DNA of 64,000 nt. It comes from Oikopleura dioica (Eukaryota > Animalia > Chordata). Every line of letters starts with the position of its first letter. The first letter of the stretch is position 1. The notes beneath the pieces were generated by a model. It searched no databases. It had not been told where the DNA came from and was given only the letters and a program-made list of their open reading frames with translations. Shown piece after piece: positions 39,801 to 50,790 of this stretch. Location: the NCBI GenBank assembly GCA_907165135.1, contig OU015567.1, positions 7,998,001 to 8,062,000 of the forward strand, given 5' to 3'. A program made the translations under genes and the position numbers.

Positions 39801-42699
39801 TAAGGTCGAAAAGGAGAAATCCACCGTCGAAGCTGATGTTCGAGCGAAAACCGATGAGCTCTCTGCTCTTGAAGATACCATCGCCAAGCTTCAGAAGGAA
39901 AAGAAGGCCCTCCAAGAAGCTCACCAGCAGGCTCTTGATGATCTTCAGGCTGAAGAAGATAAGGTTAACTCCCTCTCCAAGGCCAAGAATAAGCTCGAAC
40001 AACAAGTTGATGACCTCGAACAGTCTGTTGAGACTGAGAAGCGATCTCGACTGGATCTTGAACGACTGAAGCGAAAGCTTGAAGGTGATCTCCGACTCGC
40101 CCAAGAAACCATCATGGATCTTGAAAACGATAAGCAACGACTTGAAGAGAAACTCAAGAAGGCTGAATTCGAGTACAACCAGCTCTCCACTCGATATGAG
40201 GACGAGCAGGCTCTTGTCGCTCAACTTCAGAAGAAGATCAAAGAGCTCATGGCCCGAATCGAAGAACTCGAGGAAGAACTCGAAGCCGAGCGAGCTGCCA
40301 AGGCCAAGTCCGAGAAGTCTCGATCCGATCTTTCTCGAGAACTTGAAGAGCTTTCCGAGCGACTTGAAGAAGCCAACGCCCAGACTCAGGCTCAAATTGA
40401 GATCAACAAGCGACGAGAAGCTGAGCTTGCCAAGCTTCAGCGAGATCTTGAAGAGCACAACATCGCTCACGAATCAACCCTCTCTGGTCTCCGAAAGAAG
40501 CACGCCGACTCTTCGTCTGAGCTCACTGAAACCATCGACAACCTTCAGCGAGTCAAGACTAAGCTCGAAAAGGAGAAGTCTGAGCTCAAGATGGAAGCCG
40601 ACGATCTTGTCTCCAATGTTGAGTCCCTTACCAAATCTAAGACTACATACGAAAAATCTTGCCGACACCTTGAAGATCAGTACGCTGAGCTCAAGATGAA
40701 ATTCGAAGAGCAGGAGAAAGCACTATCTGATTCTGCTGCTAATAAGGCTCGACTTTCAACTGAGATGAACGAGCTTCGACGAACCTTAGAAGAAAAAGAG
40801 CAGATAAACAATCAGCTCACTCGACAGAAGAACTCTGTTTCTCAGGCTAACGATGAGCTCCGACGATCCCTTGATGAAGAAGTCAAGGGCAAGAACGCCC
40901 TCGTCCACCAGGTCCAGGCTGCCAAGCACGATCACGAACTCCTTCGAGAACAGTATGATGAAGAAGTTGAAGCCAAGAACGAACTTCAGCGACAGCTCTC
41001 CAAGTCTAACTCTGAGTCTTCTCAGTGGCGAACCAAGTATGAGACCGATGCCATTCAGCGAACTGAAGAACTTGAGGATGCTAAGAAAAAGCTTTCTGGT
41101 CGACTTGGGGAAGCCGAAGAATCAGTTGAAGCCGCTCTTGCTAAGTGCTCTTCTCTTGAAAAATCCAAGGGTCGACTTCAGTCTGAGATCGAAGATTTGA
41201 CTGTTGAACTTGAGCGAGCTAATGCCGCTGCTTCGGCTCTCGAGAAGAAACAGCGATCATTCGACAAGATTCTTGAGGAAAACAAGGCGAAACAGGACGA
41301 AATCAACGCGGAGCTTGAGAAGGCCCAGAAGGAATCCCGAGAGGCTTCCAACGAAGTCTTCAAGATGCGAAACGCCTACGAGGAAGCTGTTGACTCTCTT
41401 GAGTCTGCTAAGCGAGAGAACAAACAGGTCCAGGAAGAAATTGCTGATCTTACTGATCAGGTCGCTGAGGGAGCCAAATCCATCTCTGAACTTGAAAAGG
41501 CCAAACGAACAATTGAAGTCGAACGAAACGAGCTTGCCGCTTCTCTTGAAGAAACCGAAGCTGCTGTCGAATCTGAAGAAGCTAAAACTCTCCGAATCAC
41601 CGTTGAACTCCAGCAAATCAAGAGTGAATCCGACCGACGACTCCAGGAGAAGGACGAAGAAATGGACAACAACCGACGAAATGCTAGCCGAACTGTTGAG
41701 GCCATCCAGTCTCAGCTTGACTCTGAAATCCGATCCCGATCTGAAGCCGTCCGAATCAAGAAGAAGCTTGAGGGAGATATCTCTGACATTGAGATTCAGC
41801 TGGCTCATGCCAACCGACAGCTCAACGATGCCCAGCGACAGAACAAGGACATCATGGGCCAGATCAAGGATGCCCAGATGGCCCTTGACGAGTCCGAACG
41901 AATCTTCGACGAAGTTAAGGAACAATCCGCTGTTACCGACCGACGAGTTAACCTTCTCCAGGCTGAAATTGACGAACTCCGATCCGCTGTTGAGCAGGCC
42001 GAGAAAGGCCGAAAGGCTGCCGAACAGGAACTCATGGAAGCCAACGAACGAGCCAACCTTCTCCATACCCAGAACACCGCCCTCGCCAACCAGAAGCGAA
42101 AACTCGAGCAGGAACTCATCGCTGTCGCTAATGAAGTCGAAGAAGCCATCCAGGAGGCCAAGAACGCTGAGGACAAGGCCAAAAAGTCCATCCTCGATGC
42201 TTCCATCATGGCTGAAGATCTCAAGAAGGAACAGGATGCCTCTGCGCATCTTGAGCGCATGAAGAAGAACCAGGAAGTCCAGCTCAAGGAACTCCAGGCT
42301 CGATTGGACGACGCTGAACAGGTTGCCCTCAAGGGCGGCAAGAAGCACGTCCAGAAGCTCGAAGGCCGACTTCGAGAACTCGAATCTGAGCTCGATAACG
42401 AGCGACGACGCGGTGTTGACTCCCAGAAGGCTGTCCGAAAGATGGAGCGCAAGGTCAAGGAAACCGTCTACGCCGGTGAAGAAGACAAGAAGAACCTTGG
42501 CCGACTCCAGGACCAGGCTGACAAGCTCCAGCTCAAGGTCAAGCAGTTCAAGCGAATGGCTGAGGAACAGGAGGAAGCTGCTACCCAGAACATGTCTCGA
42601 TACCGAAAGCTCCAGCACGAGCTCGATGAGGCTGAAGAGCGAGCTGACATGGCTGAATCTACTCTTTCCAAGATGCGATCCAAGTCCAGCGCTTTTTAA
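36804..42699 (+). CDS. Sarcomeric (striated-muscle-type) myosin II heavy chain
   Basis: P-loop GESGAGKT, switch [16 protein letters not shown], switch [12 protein letters not shown]1 helix [19 protein letters not shown] neck and full coiled-coil rod. Coding introns only at 36948-36989 and 37204-37249. Confidence 0.98.
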
Positions 42700-42770
42700 A
42701 TGTTTTCTTACTGTAATTTAAATTCAATAAATTGTTTTTACCCGTATTCAAGACGAGTTTATTGATTGGT

Positions 42771-42786
42771 AGCCCTTAAAAGGGCT
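42771..42786 (-). terminator. Histone 3' stem-loop (variant) of the H2A gene
   Basis: Minus strand reads aaaacc-AGCCCTTTTAAGGGCT-accaa about 25 nt after the H2A stop, then AATAAA (42758-42763). Confidence 0.8.
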
Positions 42787-42811
42787 GGTTTTGATCATGA
42801 TCAAGTCATGA

Positions 42812-43294
42812 TTAGTTCTTCCAGTCGGAAGTAGATGGCTTCGTTCGTGGAAGAAGATTCGGATGGATGTAAGGGGTCACTCCACCTTGAGAGAAGGTCA
42901 CATCGCCAAGGAGCTTGCAGAACTCTTCGTCTGTGCTCATGGCGAGCTGGATGAATCGAGGCTTGATCGTCTTCTTCTTGTTATCCTGCGCGGCGTTGCC
43001 AGAAAGCTCAAGAACTTCCGCGCAGAGATACTCGAGAACACCGGTGACGTAGATGCACGCGCCGATGTTCACCTTGTTGTTGACGTTCATTGCCCGGAAC
43101 TGACGCTTGATTCGGTGGACAGGAAAGGTCGTCCCACATCGCACGTCGATGGGTTTCTTCTTTCGCTTGCCTCCGGTTTGCATCGCTCGCATCTTGGCCA
43201 TCTTCTCCTTCGCTTCGGCTGAGCCTTTGACGAAGGATAGGTCGACGCTGCCATCGGCGGATTCAAGCGAGGCGCGCTTCTTGGTTTTGGCCAT
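42812..43294 (-). CDS. Divergent histone H2A variant with long N-terminal tail
   Basis: Histone fold [54 protein letters not shown]. Intronless, TATA-like tataaaa upstream, 3' stem-loop. Confidence 0.92.
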   Translation of the reverse strand: MAKTKKRASLESADGSVDLSFVKGSAEAKEKMAKMRAMQTGGKRKKKPIDVRCGTTFPVHRIKRQFRAMNVNNKVNIGACIYVTGVLEYLCAEVLELSGNAAQDNKKKTIKPRFIQLAMSTDEEFCKLLGDVTFSQGGVTPYIHPNLLPRTKPSTSDWKN

Positions 43295-44004
43295 CTTCGA
43301 TCAGCTTTAGTTGAGTTGCTTCTTTTCGGAAAAAAAGTCCAAGTGAGGAAAACCAAATATGTAGCCCGTTTTATACTCAATCAGCCACCAAGTGGCCGAT
43401 GGTTCTGGATCGAAAAGTTTTCGCCACCGTGTTTTTTGAATTCTGGAAATGAAGATTGCGAAATTCGCGACTGATTTCGGCGGGAAATGGAGAAAAACTG
43501 CAGCTGTCGAATGTAAAAGTTCATTCCGAGCGAATCATTTGATTTCCCATTAATAATTGACATGAAAGTTCGTTATCGCTGATAACAGTTCGCCCATTTT
43601 CATCAAAAACATGACTAATCTGGGCTCATCAGCAATCGCTTGGTTGTCTCCCACACGTGTTGCCCAAGTTTTTACCGAATCGACCAATAGTTTCTTCCCT
43701 TGCCGCCCAGTCCCCATTTCGTCATTGCCAGCAACACCGGAATTCATATTCTCGAAAAATACAGAGAAGAAATTCTTCTTTCAAAAACAGAGGAAAACGG
43801 AATTACAAATCAAGAAGGACGAGGATTTTACGTGTTTTACTGTAAAAAGTACAACTAAGACGAGCTTCAGGTAATAAATGGATCTTTTTTAATTGCAAAT
43901 TTCTAATTGTGAATTAATGATATGTCTACGAGACACCGCCGGTTTCGAAATCGACATCATTGACTCCATCTCGGAACACTTTTAACAAGAAATTCAGGAA
44001 AACA

Positions 44005-46192
44005 ATGACGAAGACAATGGGTTGGCGACTTGCTTCTTCTGCTGCCGCAGAGCAGGGTGATCGTGATTACATGGAGGACGTCACTTCGGTCCAGTTCGAG
44101 CGAGTAAGCTCCTCGAAAGGTTCTACTGAAGACGCGAGCTTCGCCGTTTACGACGGGCATGGTGGCTCAGAAGCTTCGCTCTTTGCTAAGGTAGCTTTCA
44201 GAGTGTCCGTTATTGAAGGTTAGTCACTGCTTCAGGATCATCTTATGGAATTCATCAAAGAAGAAGAGGGCTTCTACTCGAGGGACGTCGAAACTGTCAT
44301 GCGGGCGATTCGATCTGGATTTCTTTCTTGCCACGAGGCTATGCTTGAAAAGCGACGTAAGTTTTGAGTTTTAAGGGATCACCCCCCGATTTTTCAAACC
44401 TTTGGCACCGGTCATTATCGCCTATGATTAGATTCCTTGTTTTCTGAGGATCATTTTGATATATGATAGTACCCCTTTACATAAATGCATCCCCGAAATT
44501 TTGGTTCCCAAAGTTCGGGAAAATGCATGTAAATTGTACTTAGCGTGAAAATCGCAATTTTTTTCGATTTTTCATTGTCATCGAAATAACACAAACAAGG
44601 GCTCTTTCGAAAGCTTAGAATGTGAAGATTACGAATTTAATAACCGCACTAGAATTTTCGGCCAATTGTTGGCGCTAGAGAGCATTCTAACACCCAAATA
44701 ACGCCAAAAATGGTTTCAAAAAGTTTTACAACTAGAATTTTTTTATTCACTAATCCGATCATGCTGATTCTACCAAAAAATAAAGATTAGCGTCTATACT
44801 TTTAGATAAACCAAAAGGATTTTGAATCCCAAAGCCCAAAAAAAAGTAGATACGATTTGAAAATGACCTAAAATGGCCATTTTTCAAGATGTTAATCACT
44901 TTGACGGCCTGTAATGCATAAGCGAATGTTATGCTGGCAAGCTGATTCTACCAGAATTTGCTCCTTTCGAAGCGGGCTTTCTAATGCGCCCAAAACCAGC
45001 TTCCTACGTAAGCTAAAAAAAAAAGTAGATAGAGGTCAAAGTTGGCGAAATTGGGGGGGGGATCCCTTAAGCGACGTTAACTTATAAATTATAAGTTATA
45101 ATTTATAAGTCTATTAGGCTAAATTCTCAATTTCATTTGAAATTATTTAGCCAAGTGGCCATATCGACACAACCACCTCAGCAATGCTGGAACGACCGTT
45201 GCGCTAGTGATTATCCGTGGCGACCTAATGTACGTTGCTCACGCTGGGGATTCTGCAGTGATCATGGCAACTCAAAAGGATAAAAAGACTCCTCTGCAAG
45301 CGATGTTGTTGACAGAGGACCACAAGCCCGAAAGTCCGAAAGAGAAGAGTCGAATTGAAAGAAACGGTGGCCGCGTGCTCAAAAGCAAGAGTAGCTACCG
45401 AGTGTGCTGGGAAAGAGTGAATCACCCGGGAACAAAGTTCGAATGGACAGATCACATGCCTTACTTGGGCATCGCCAGAAGCTTAGGGGACTTTTGGTCC
45501 TGGAACGAGCGATCCAAAACGTACTTGGTAAGATTCTACTTCCGAATGATCTCAGCTGATAACAACAAGGACAAAATTTACTCTTGTAGGTTTCGCCTGT
45601 TCCCGACATCAAAGTCTACGACTTGGAGAAAACCGGCGCTCGCTACATCATCCTCGTTTCTGACGGAATCACCAACACGATGAGAGCTCGCGATATGGTG
45701 GGCATCGTCGCCGACTTTGAAGAGCGAAAGAAACGGGGCGAAGTCAAAGGAGTAACAGCCGCCAGCGTGCTTGTCAAAAAAGCTCTCTCCTTGTGGTCGG
45801 ATCATCACAAGCGCGCGGATAACAGCTCTGCAATCGTCGTCAAGATCGAAAAGGCACTGATTGAGGCCAAGAACGCGAAAGGAAGTTTCTTGGAAAGCTG
45901 GGTGAGCACGGAAAACAACCGTTTGGTTAGGACTCCCGTCTCGGAAAATCGCGCGAAGAAAATCCTTGAGCTTCGATTCCAGGAAGTCGATCAGCAGCTC
46001 AAGACGCCAAGAAAGAGAATGATCCACGAATGCAACAACTTGCTTTCTCCAGAGGAATCAGTGGATTCTCCGCCATCGAAGAAAGCAAAAACAGCAGTGA
46101 AATTGAAGCCGAGACGTTCGCTCCGACTGGCCGTGAAAAGCTGCGATCCCCTTCTGACTCGCTCTGCTGCACGAAAACGCTCGTCCCTCTGA
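44005..46192 (+). CDS. PPM1D: PP2C-family phosphatase, PPM1D/Wip1-like
   Basis: QGDRDYMED, FAVYDGHGG, AGTT, YVAHAGDS, LTEDHKPE, RVCWER, PYLGIARSLGDFWS, ILVSDG and ADNSSAIVV, then a basic C-terminal tail. A MITE sits in intron 2. Confidence 0.85.
44375..45066. mobile_element. TTAA-targeting MITE in PPM1D intron 2; inverted copy 2 of the PAF1-intron family
   Basis: TTAA TSD (44371-44374, 45067-45070); the sequence is the reverse complement of 24134-24822 with scattered substitutions. Confidence 0.9.
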
Positions 46193-46829
46193 AAAACTTC
46201 CCCTTCAGCGATTCCAAGCACATTTGAACTACTGTAAAAGATAACTGCCTTCTCACATGATCTTGCTTTTACTGTAATAAGAATGTCTTTTGGAATATAC
46301 GGTAACGATATTGAACCGAAATTGAAGTTATAAATACGCAGGATAAAGGATAATCCTTACTCATAAATATCATGCAGAAAATAATAACAAAGGTAATACT
46401 TACATCCATATGATTTATGTGACATAAAGTAGTTGCTCATAATTACGTTATGAAAGATACGGTATGAAGAAAGAATGTCTGTATGCATGAACTGGCTTGT
46501 GATGCAAAGATGAGCGAATTCGAATTCCTGAAGGGAAAATCCGTTGTGATTTTGAAAACGCGCGCATTTTCGGTCGAAAACTTGATGAGTCGGCTTTCTG
46601 CTGCGTCGATTTCGCAACTTTTTGGTTGTCTCCAGCACTGGTTGCCTAATTTTCAAGCGAGTCGACTCAGTCGAGGAATGATTTCTTGCGGCGGGCCGCT
46701 CGTGGCGCCAATGAGCCTTTTCCTCTCGTGCTTCTCAGCCGACGCTATAAAAAGGCCTGCAAACCCAGAATTTCATCATTCCATAAGTTTTCAAAAATCT
46801 AACTTTTTGATTACAAGTCAACTCAAAAG

Positions 46830-47219
46830 ATGGCAAAGACAGTTCAGAAGCGAGGCCGAGGACGCCCAAAGACAAAAAACACCAGCTCGGTGAAAACTCC
46901 AGAAGAGTTGAAGAAAGCCCAGCGCGAGCTTCGATTCAAGAAGGTCAACTTCAGTCACTACATCTACAAGGTGCTGAAGCAAGTTCACCCCGACACCGGC
47001 ATGTCCAGCAAGGCGATGAGCATCATGGATTCCTTCGTCCACGACCTCTTTGACCGCCTGGCCGCTGAAGCTTCCAGTCTCGCCAAGAAGAACAAGCAGT
47101 CAACGATCTTGGCTCGAGACATCCAATCAGCTGTTCGGCTCATCATTCCTGGCGAACTCGCGAAACATGCTATTTCCGAGGGAACCAAAGCCGTCACCAA
47201 GTACAATGGCTCTCGTTAA
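46830..47219 (+). CDS. Divergent histone H2B variant with N-terminal AT-hook-like motif
   Basis: [42 protein letters not shown]...[29 protein letters not shown], with KRGRGRPK in the tail. CCAAT and tataaaa upstream. Confidence 0.95.
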   Translation: MAKTVQKRGRGRPKTKNTSSVKTPEELKKAQRELRFKKVNFSHYIYKVLKQVHPDTGMSSKAMSIMDSFVHDLFDRLAAEASSLAKKNKQSTILARDIQSAVRLIIPGELAKHAISEGTKAVTKYNGSR

Positions 47220-47285
47220 CTCTTCGAGTTATCACTACAGGCATTAGCTCGATCTGGACTTGTTCAGAAAGAGTTACGGTCTCAA

Positions 47286-47301
47286 GGCCCTTTTCAGGGC
47301 C
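47286..47301 (+). terminator. Canonical histone 3' stem-loop of the H2B gene
   Basis: GGCCCTTTTCAGGGCC about 65 nt after the stop. Confidence 0.9.
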
Positions 47302-47951
47302 AAAAATAATCTAAAAAAACTTCATCTTCTTTCTGAAAACAGTGTCCTATCCGGACTTTCTTAGTCAGAATTTCTGACTGACTTTTTCGGAAAAAGTTTT
47401 TCCAAACAAATACTACAGTGACTAAACATGAGACTAAAAGATAATCACTGATTATTAATCAGTCAGAAAATCAATGAAAAGATCGTGACCGAAGCTTTGA
47501 TATTTCATGTTCTACCGTTCTTGAATTCCGAAGGGATTATCAGCGTTCATAAACTCCCGCAGATTTTCAATCGTGATGAGTCGGCTTTTTAATCCATGTA
47601 AATTTCGTTTATTTCGCAATCGGGTTGTCTCCCGCACGACATGGCCGACTTTCAAGTTTCATCCGAATCGAGGAATGTGTTTTCGAGTTCGCGCCAAAGA
47701 CGGAGAGCAAATTCATTTCGAGAATCGGCCTACTGCCGGACGGGGAGATCTCGTGTCGAAGTATCAGTTCACTCAATTGGTCGGACATCCACCTCCGCAG
47801 ATTTATTTACGAAAATTTAATTTTATACACAAGCTTTTGCAGATTTAGAGAACCACTCTTCACAAGAGAAAACTTTAAGAAGACATCCTTATCTGTCGGT
47901 ACTCTTCCTTGCTATCAGCGATTTATATCACAGCTTTCAGAATCGGCAAAG

Positions 47952-50552
47952 ATGAGAACAAGACAAGCTAACAGAGGCAAATTCAACGGAGGACCAAGGT
48001 CGTTTGACGGAGCTCCACCACGAGGGAGAGGACGAGGTCGAGGACGTGGCTATTTCAGCGGAAGACCACGCCAGCCCCTGACCCACGTACGTCTCGGATC
48101 ATGTCTCTTTCTTCAACTTTTATTTCAGGCTGGATATGTGACTCCCTACCGAAACATTCCACCGTCGCAGAGAGATCTCCTGTGGGGCCCACAAACGCAC
48201 TACAGTGATGGAATTCGTCGGTTCTACACGAGCTTCAAGACGAATCGCAACGACGCGAAGCTCCTCTGCGGCGAGATCAACATGGATATGAAAAGGAGGG
48301 AAGATACCAAAGCGGAGAAACAAGTGCTTTGGTTCACCGAGGTCGGAAGAGAAGATGATGCCGAGAAGCCCGATGAAGAGCGAGAACTTATCATTATCTG
48401 TGAAGAAACCAGCGCCGGGCCGACAAGAATCTTCAACTTCCTATCAAAGAAGTACCCGACACTCGGCTTGGTAGAAGTTCCAGTGGATCAGAAAGCGCTG
48501 GCAGGACGGAAAGCAGCCCTTCGTGCGGAGAAGAGTGGAGCAGGCCTTCAAGCAGGCACAAGCCGCTTTTTAAATCGAGAGAGGAAGGACGAGAGGAATG
48601 AAAGATACACAGAAGCGTTCAAGGAAAGGTGCATGAAACAATATCACGAACGAAAGCAGCGTATCCGGTCTGAGCGAACAAATGACTCTGGAATGGAGAC
48701 TGAGACGTCATCGAGCGACGGAAAAGCGGCAAATGAATCTGAACGAAGGGAAAGCACTGATGTATTCTCGGCATTCGGAAGTTCTGGATCAGCTGTTCAC
48801 GATACCGAGATGGAGACTGAAGACGACCTGGACGGCTACACGACGTTTTGACTAAACCGACGTTCTCGCTAACCGACGTTTTCGCTAAACCGACGTTCTC
48901 ACCAAAAGTCAAAACGTCGGTTTAGTCAAAACCTCGGTTTAGTCAAAACGTCGGTTTTCCCTAAAAATGCGGGGGCAATCAGAGCGAATGAGAACATGCT
49001 CTTCCTGGATTAAAAATTCTGTCTGAAGCCCGCCGTCTTTTTCAAACCGAAATTTTCCTTAAATTGTTAACTTGGAAAAACAAAATATATATTTTTTAAT
49101 TTATTATTTTAAAATTATTATTTGAATAACAAAATCAATAAGTTTAAAAAATATTAAGTCTGCATAATTTACTTATCTTTTTACATTTTATCGGTCTTGA
49201 GATCATTTTTAAAAGATTTATTTTAGTTATATTAGTTAATTTAATGAAGATATTCATTATTCTTATACTTTTACTCTTCACAAAGATCTTTCAAAAGATA
49301 ATGAAAACGTCGGTTTGACGAGAACAACGGTTTCCAAACTGAGTCTTAACCAAATTCAAGGCGCCCACGCATTTTTAAGGAAAACCGACGTTTTGACTAA
49401 ACCGATGTTTTGACTAAACCGACGTTTTGACTTTTGGTGAGAACGTCGGTTTAGCGAAAACGTCGGTTAGCGAGAACGTCGGTTTAGTCAAAACGTCGTG
49501 TAGCCGACCTGGACTTCACTGAGGAAGTGGGAAGTTCAATCATTACAAAGGTGAAGCCCCAGCCAGCTCATGGCGTCAGTCGTCGTCTTCCAACGCCTCC
49601 AGCTGCCGATGATGGATCCTCAGTCAAATCTCGCGTAAGTTCAGAAGAGAATTTATCTTCTTTTTTCATTTAAATTTACTGGTCATTCCTTTGTAGTTTC
49701 TCTGCTACGCGATCAAGAGAGAATGGGATCTGTGCAAACGCGGCGATGCTCTCCTCAACGAGTTCTTCGACGATGCAGAGCGAATTTGCGATGAAGATGA
49801 AGAATTGATGGACGATTTGCCGAAGAAAATTTGCGAATGGCTTGATGAACCACCATGCCAGCTGCCAAAGATAGAAGAAATCTGGCTTAGATTCGGCCAG
49901 AGGATTCTTCTGAAGACGTATTTCATGACCTACGTGGTCGAGCTTTACGGCGGTTTGATGACGAATGAAGACGAGCGAACTGGCATCTTTAGACGGAGAA
50001 CTCCCGGTGGAACGTTTTACACCATGTTCAAATGCGTCAACATGAAAGAGGATCACTGGATCAGCCGATTCGAGTACTTGAAGAAGCACAGATTCGCCTA
50101 CAAGCACGAACGTGCACGTAAGTACACATTCTTTGAAAGAAAGGTTAATTTTTTATTTTCAGGACTTGGCGAGGATGCCGTTCGAGAACGCACTCAAATG
50201 GCGAAGATCAACGTCGCGAATCTGAAGCGCGAGGGAATGAGCGATTGTCTCTGTGAGTTCGATTACATCTCCATAAAAGATCTGGACCTCGATCACAAAG
50301 ACGATATTCAAGAAATGATCGTCAAAAGGTATTTGTTTCTTCTTAGAAAGTGGCTTCAATCAGTATTCTAGTATGAATAGAATGGAGCTGGATGACGAAC
50401 AAGACGTTCCTCGACCTGCACAGCCTGAAAAGCAATACGACAGTAGCGCCTCAGAATGGTCCGACGAAGAGTGTTACGATGACCCCTTCGGCTACGCCCG
50501 TGAAGCACAGCGACAGCGTGAAGCACAGCGACAGCTGTACCAGGATAACTGA
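47952..50552 (+). CDS. Hypothetical RG-rich/acidic protein whose coding exon is interrupted by a MITE; start uncertain
   Basis: Frame ...ETEDDLD (48833) resumes in frame after the element as FTEEVGSSIITK...VKSR. GT-AG introns then join further open exons ending ...REAQRQREAQRQLYQDN* at 50552. Confidence 0.65.
48834..49505. mobile_element. Mutator-like (MULE/foldback) MITE inserted in a coding exon
   Basis: Exact 9-bp TSD gacctggac (48825-48833, 49506-49514). TIRs of about 140 bp start ggctacacgacgttttgactaaaccgacg and are built from ~17-bp aaaccgacgttttgact subrepeats around an AT-rich core. Confidence 0.92.
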
Positions 50553-50790
50553 CGCGTTTCTGTTTTCCCCTTACACTGCACTTATCTTCACCAACTTCCT
50601 TACCTAGAAATTATCAAAGATTCTTTGATATGTCTGACCCATTTTCCCATCCCTTTTTTACACTTACTGTACATTCATTTTTTATTAATATTAATATTTT
50701 TTATCGGAATCTTGATGTAATTTTCTTGTTTTTATTTCGTGGTTGAAAATGGCAATAGAGTGCAGGGCAGTTCTGAGAAGTTTCAATTTT

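Noticed and set aside
38251-42618. Long antisense ORFs (739 aa, 453 aa) opposite the myosin gene
   Set aside because: Shadow ORFs expected from the strong codon bias of the sense strand; Leu/Phe/Ser-rich translations with no domain.
48850-48960. Short regular repeats suggestive of a CRISPR array
   Set aside because: No unique spacers, eukaryotic context, and the repeats are mirrored at 49380-49500 as TIR subrepeats of a MITE.
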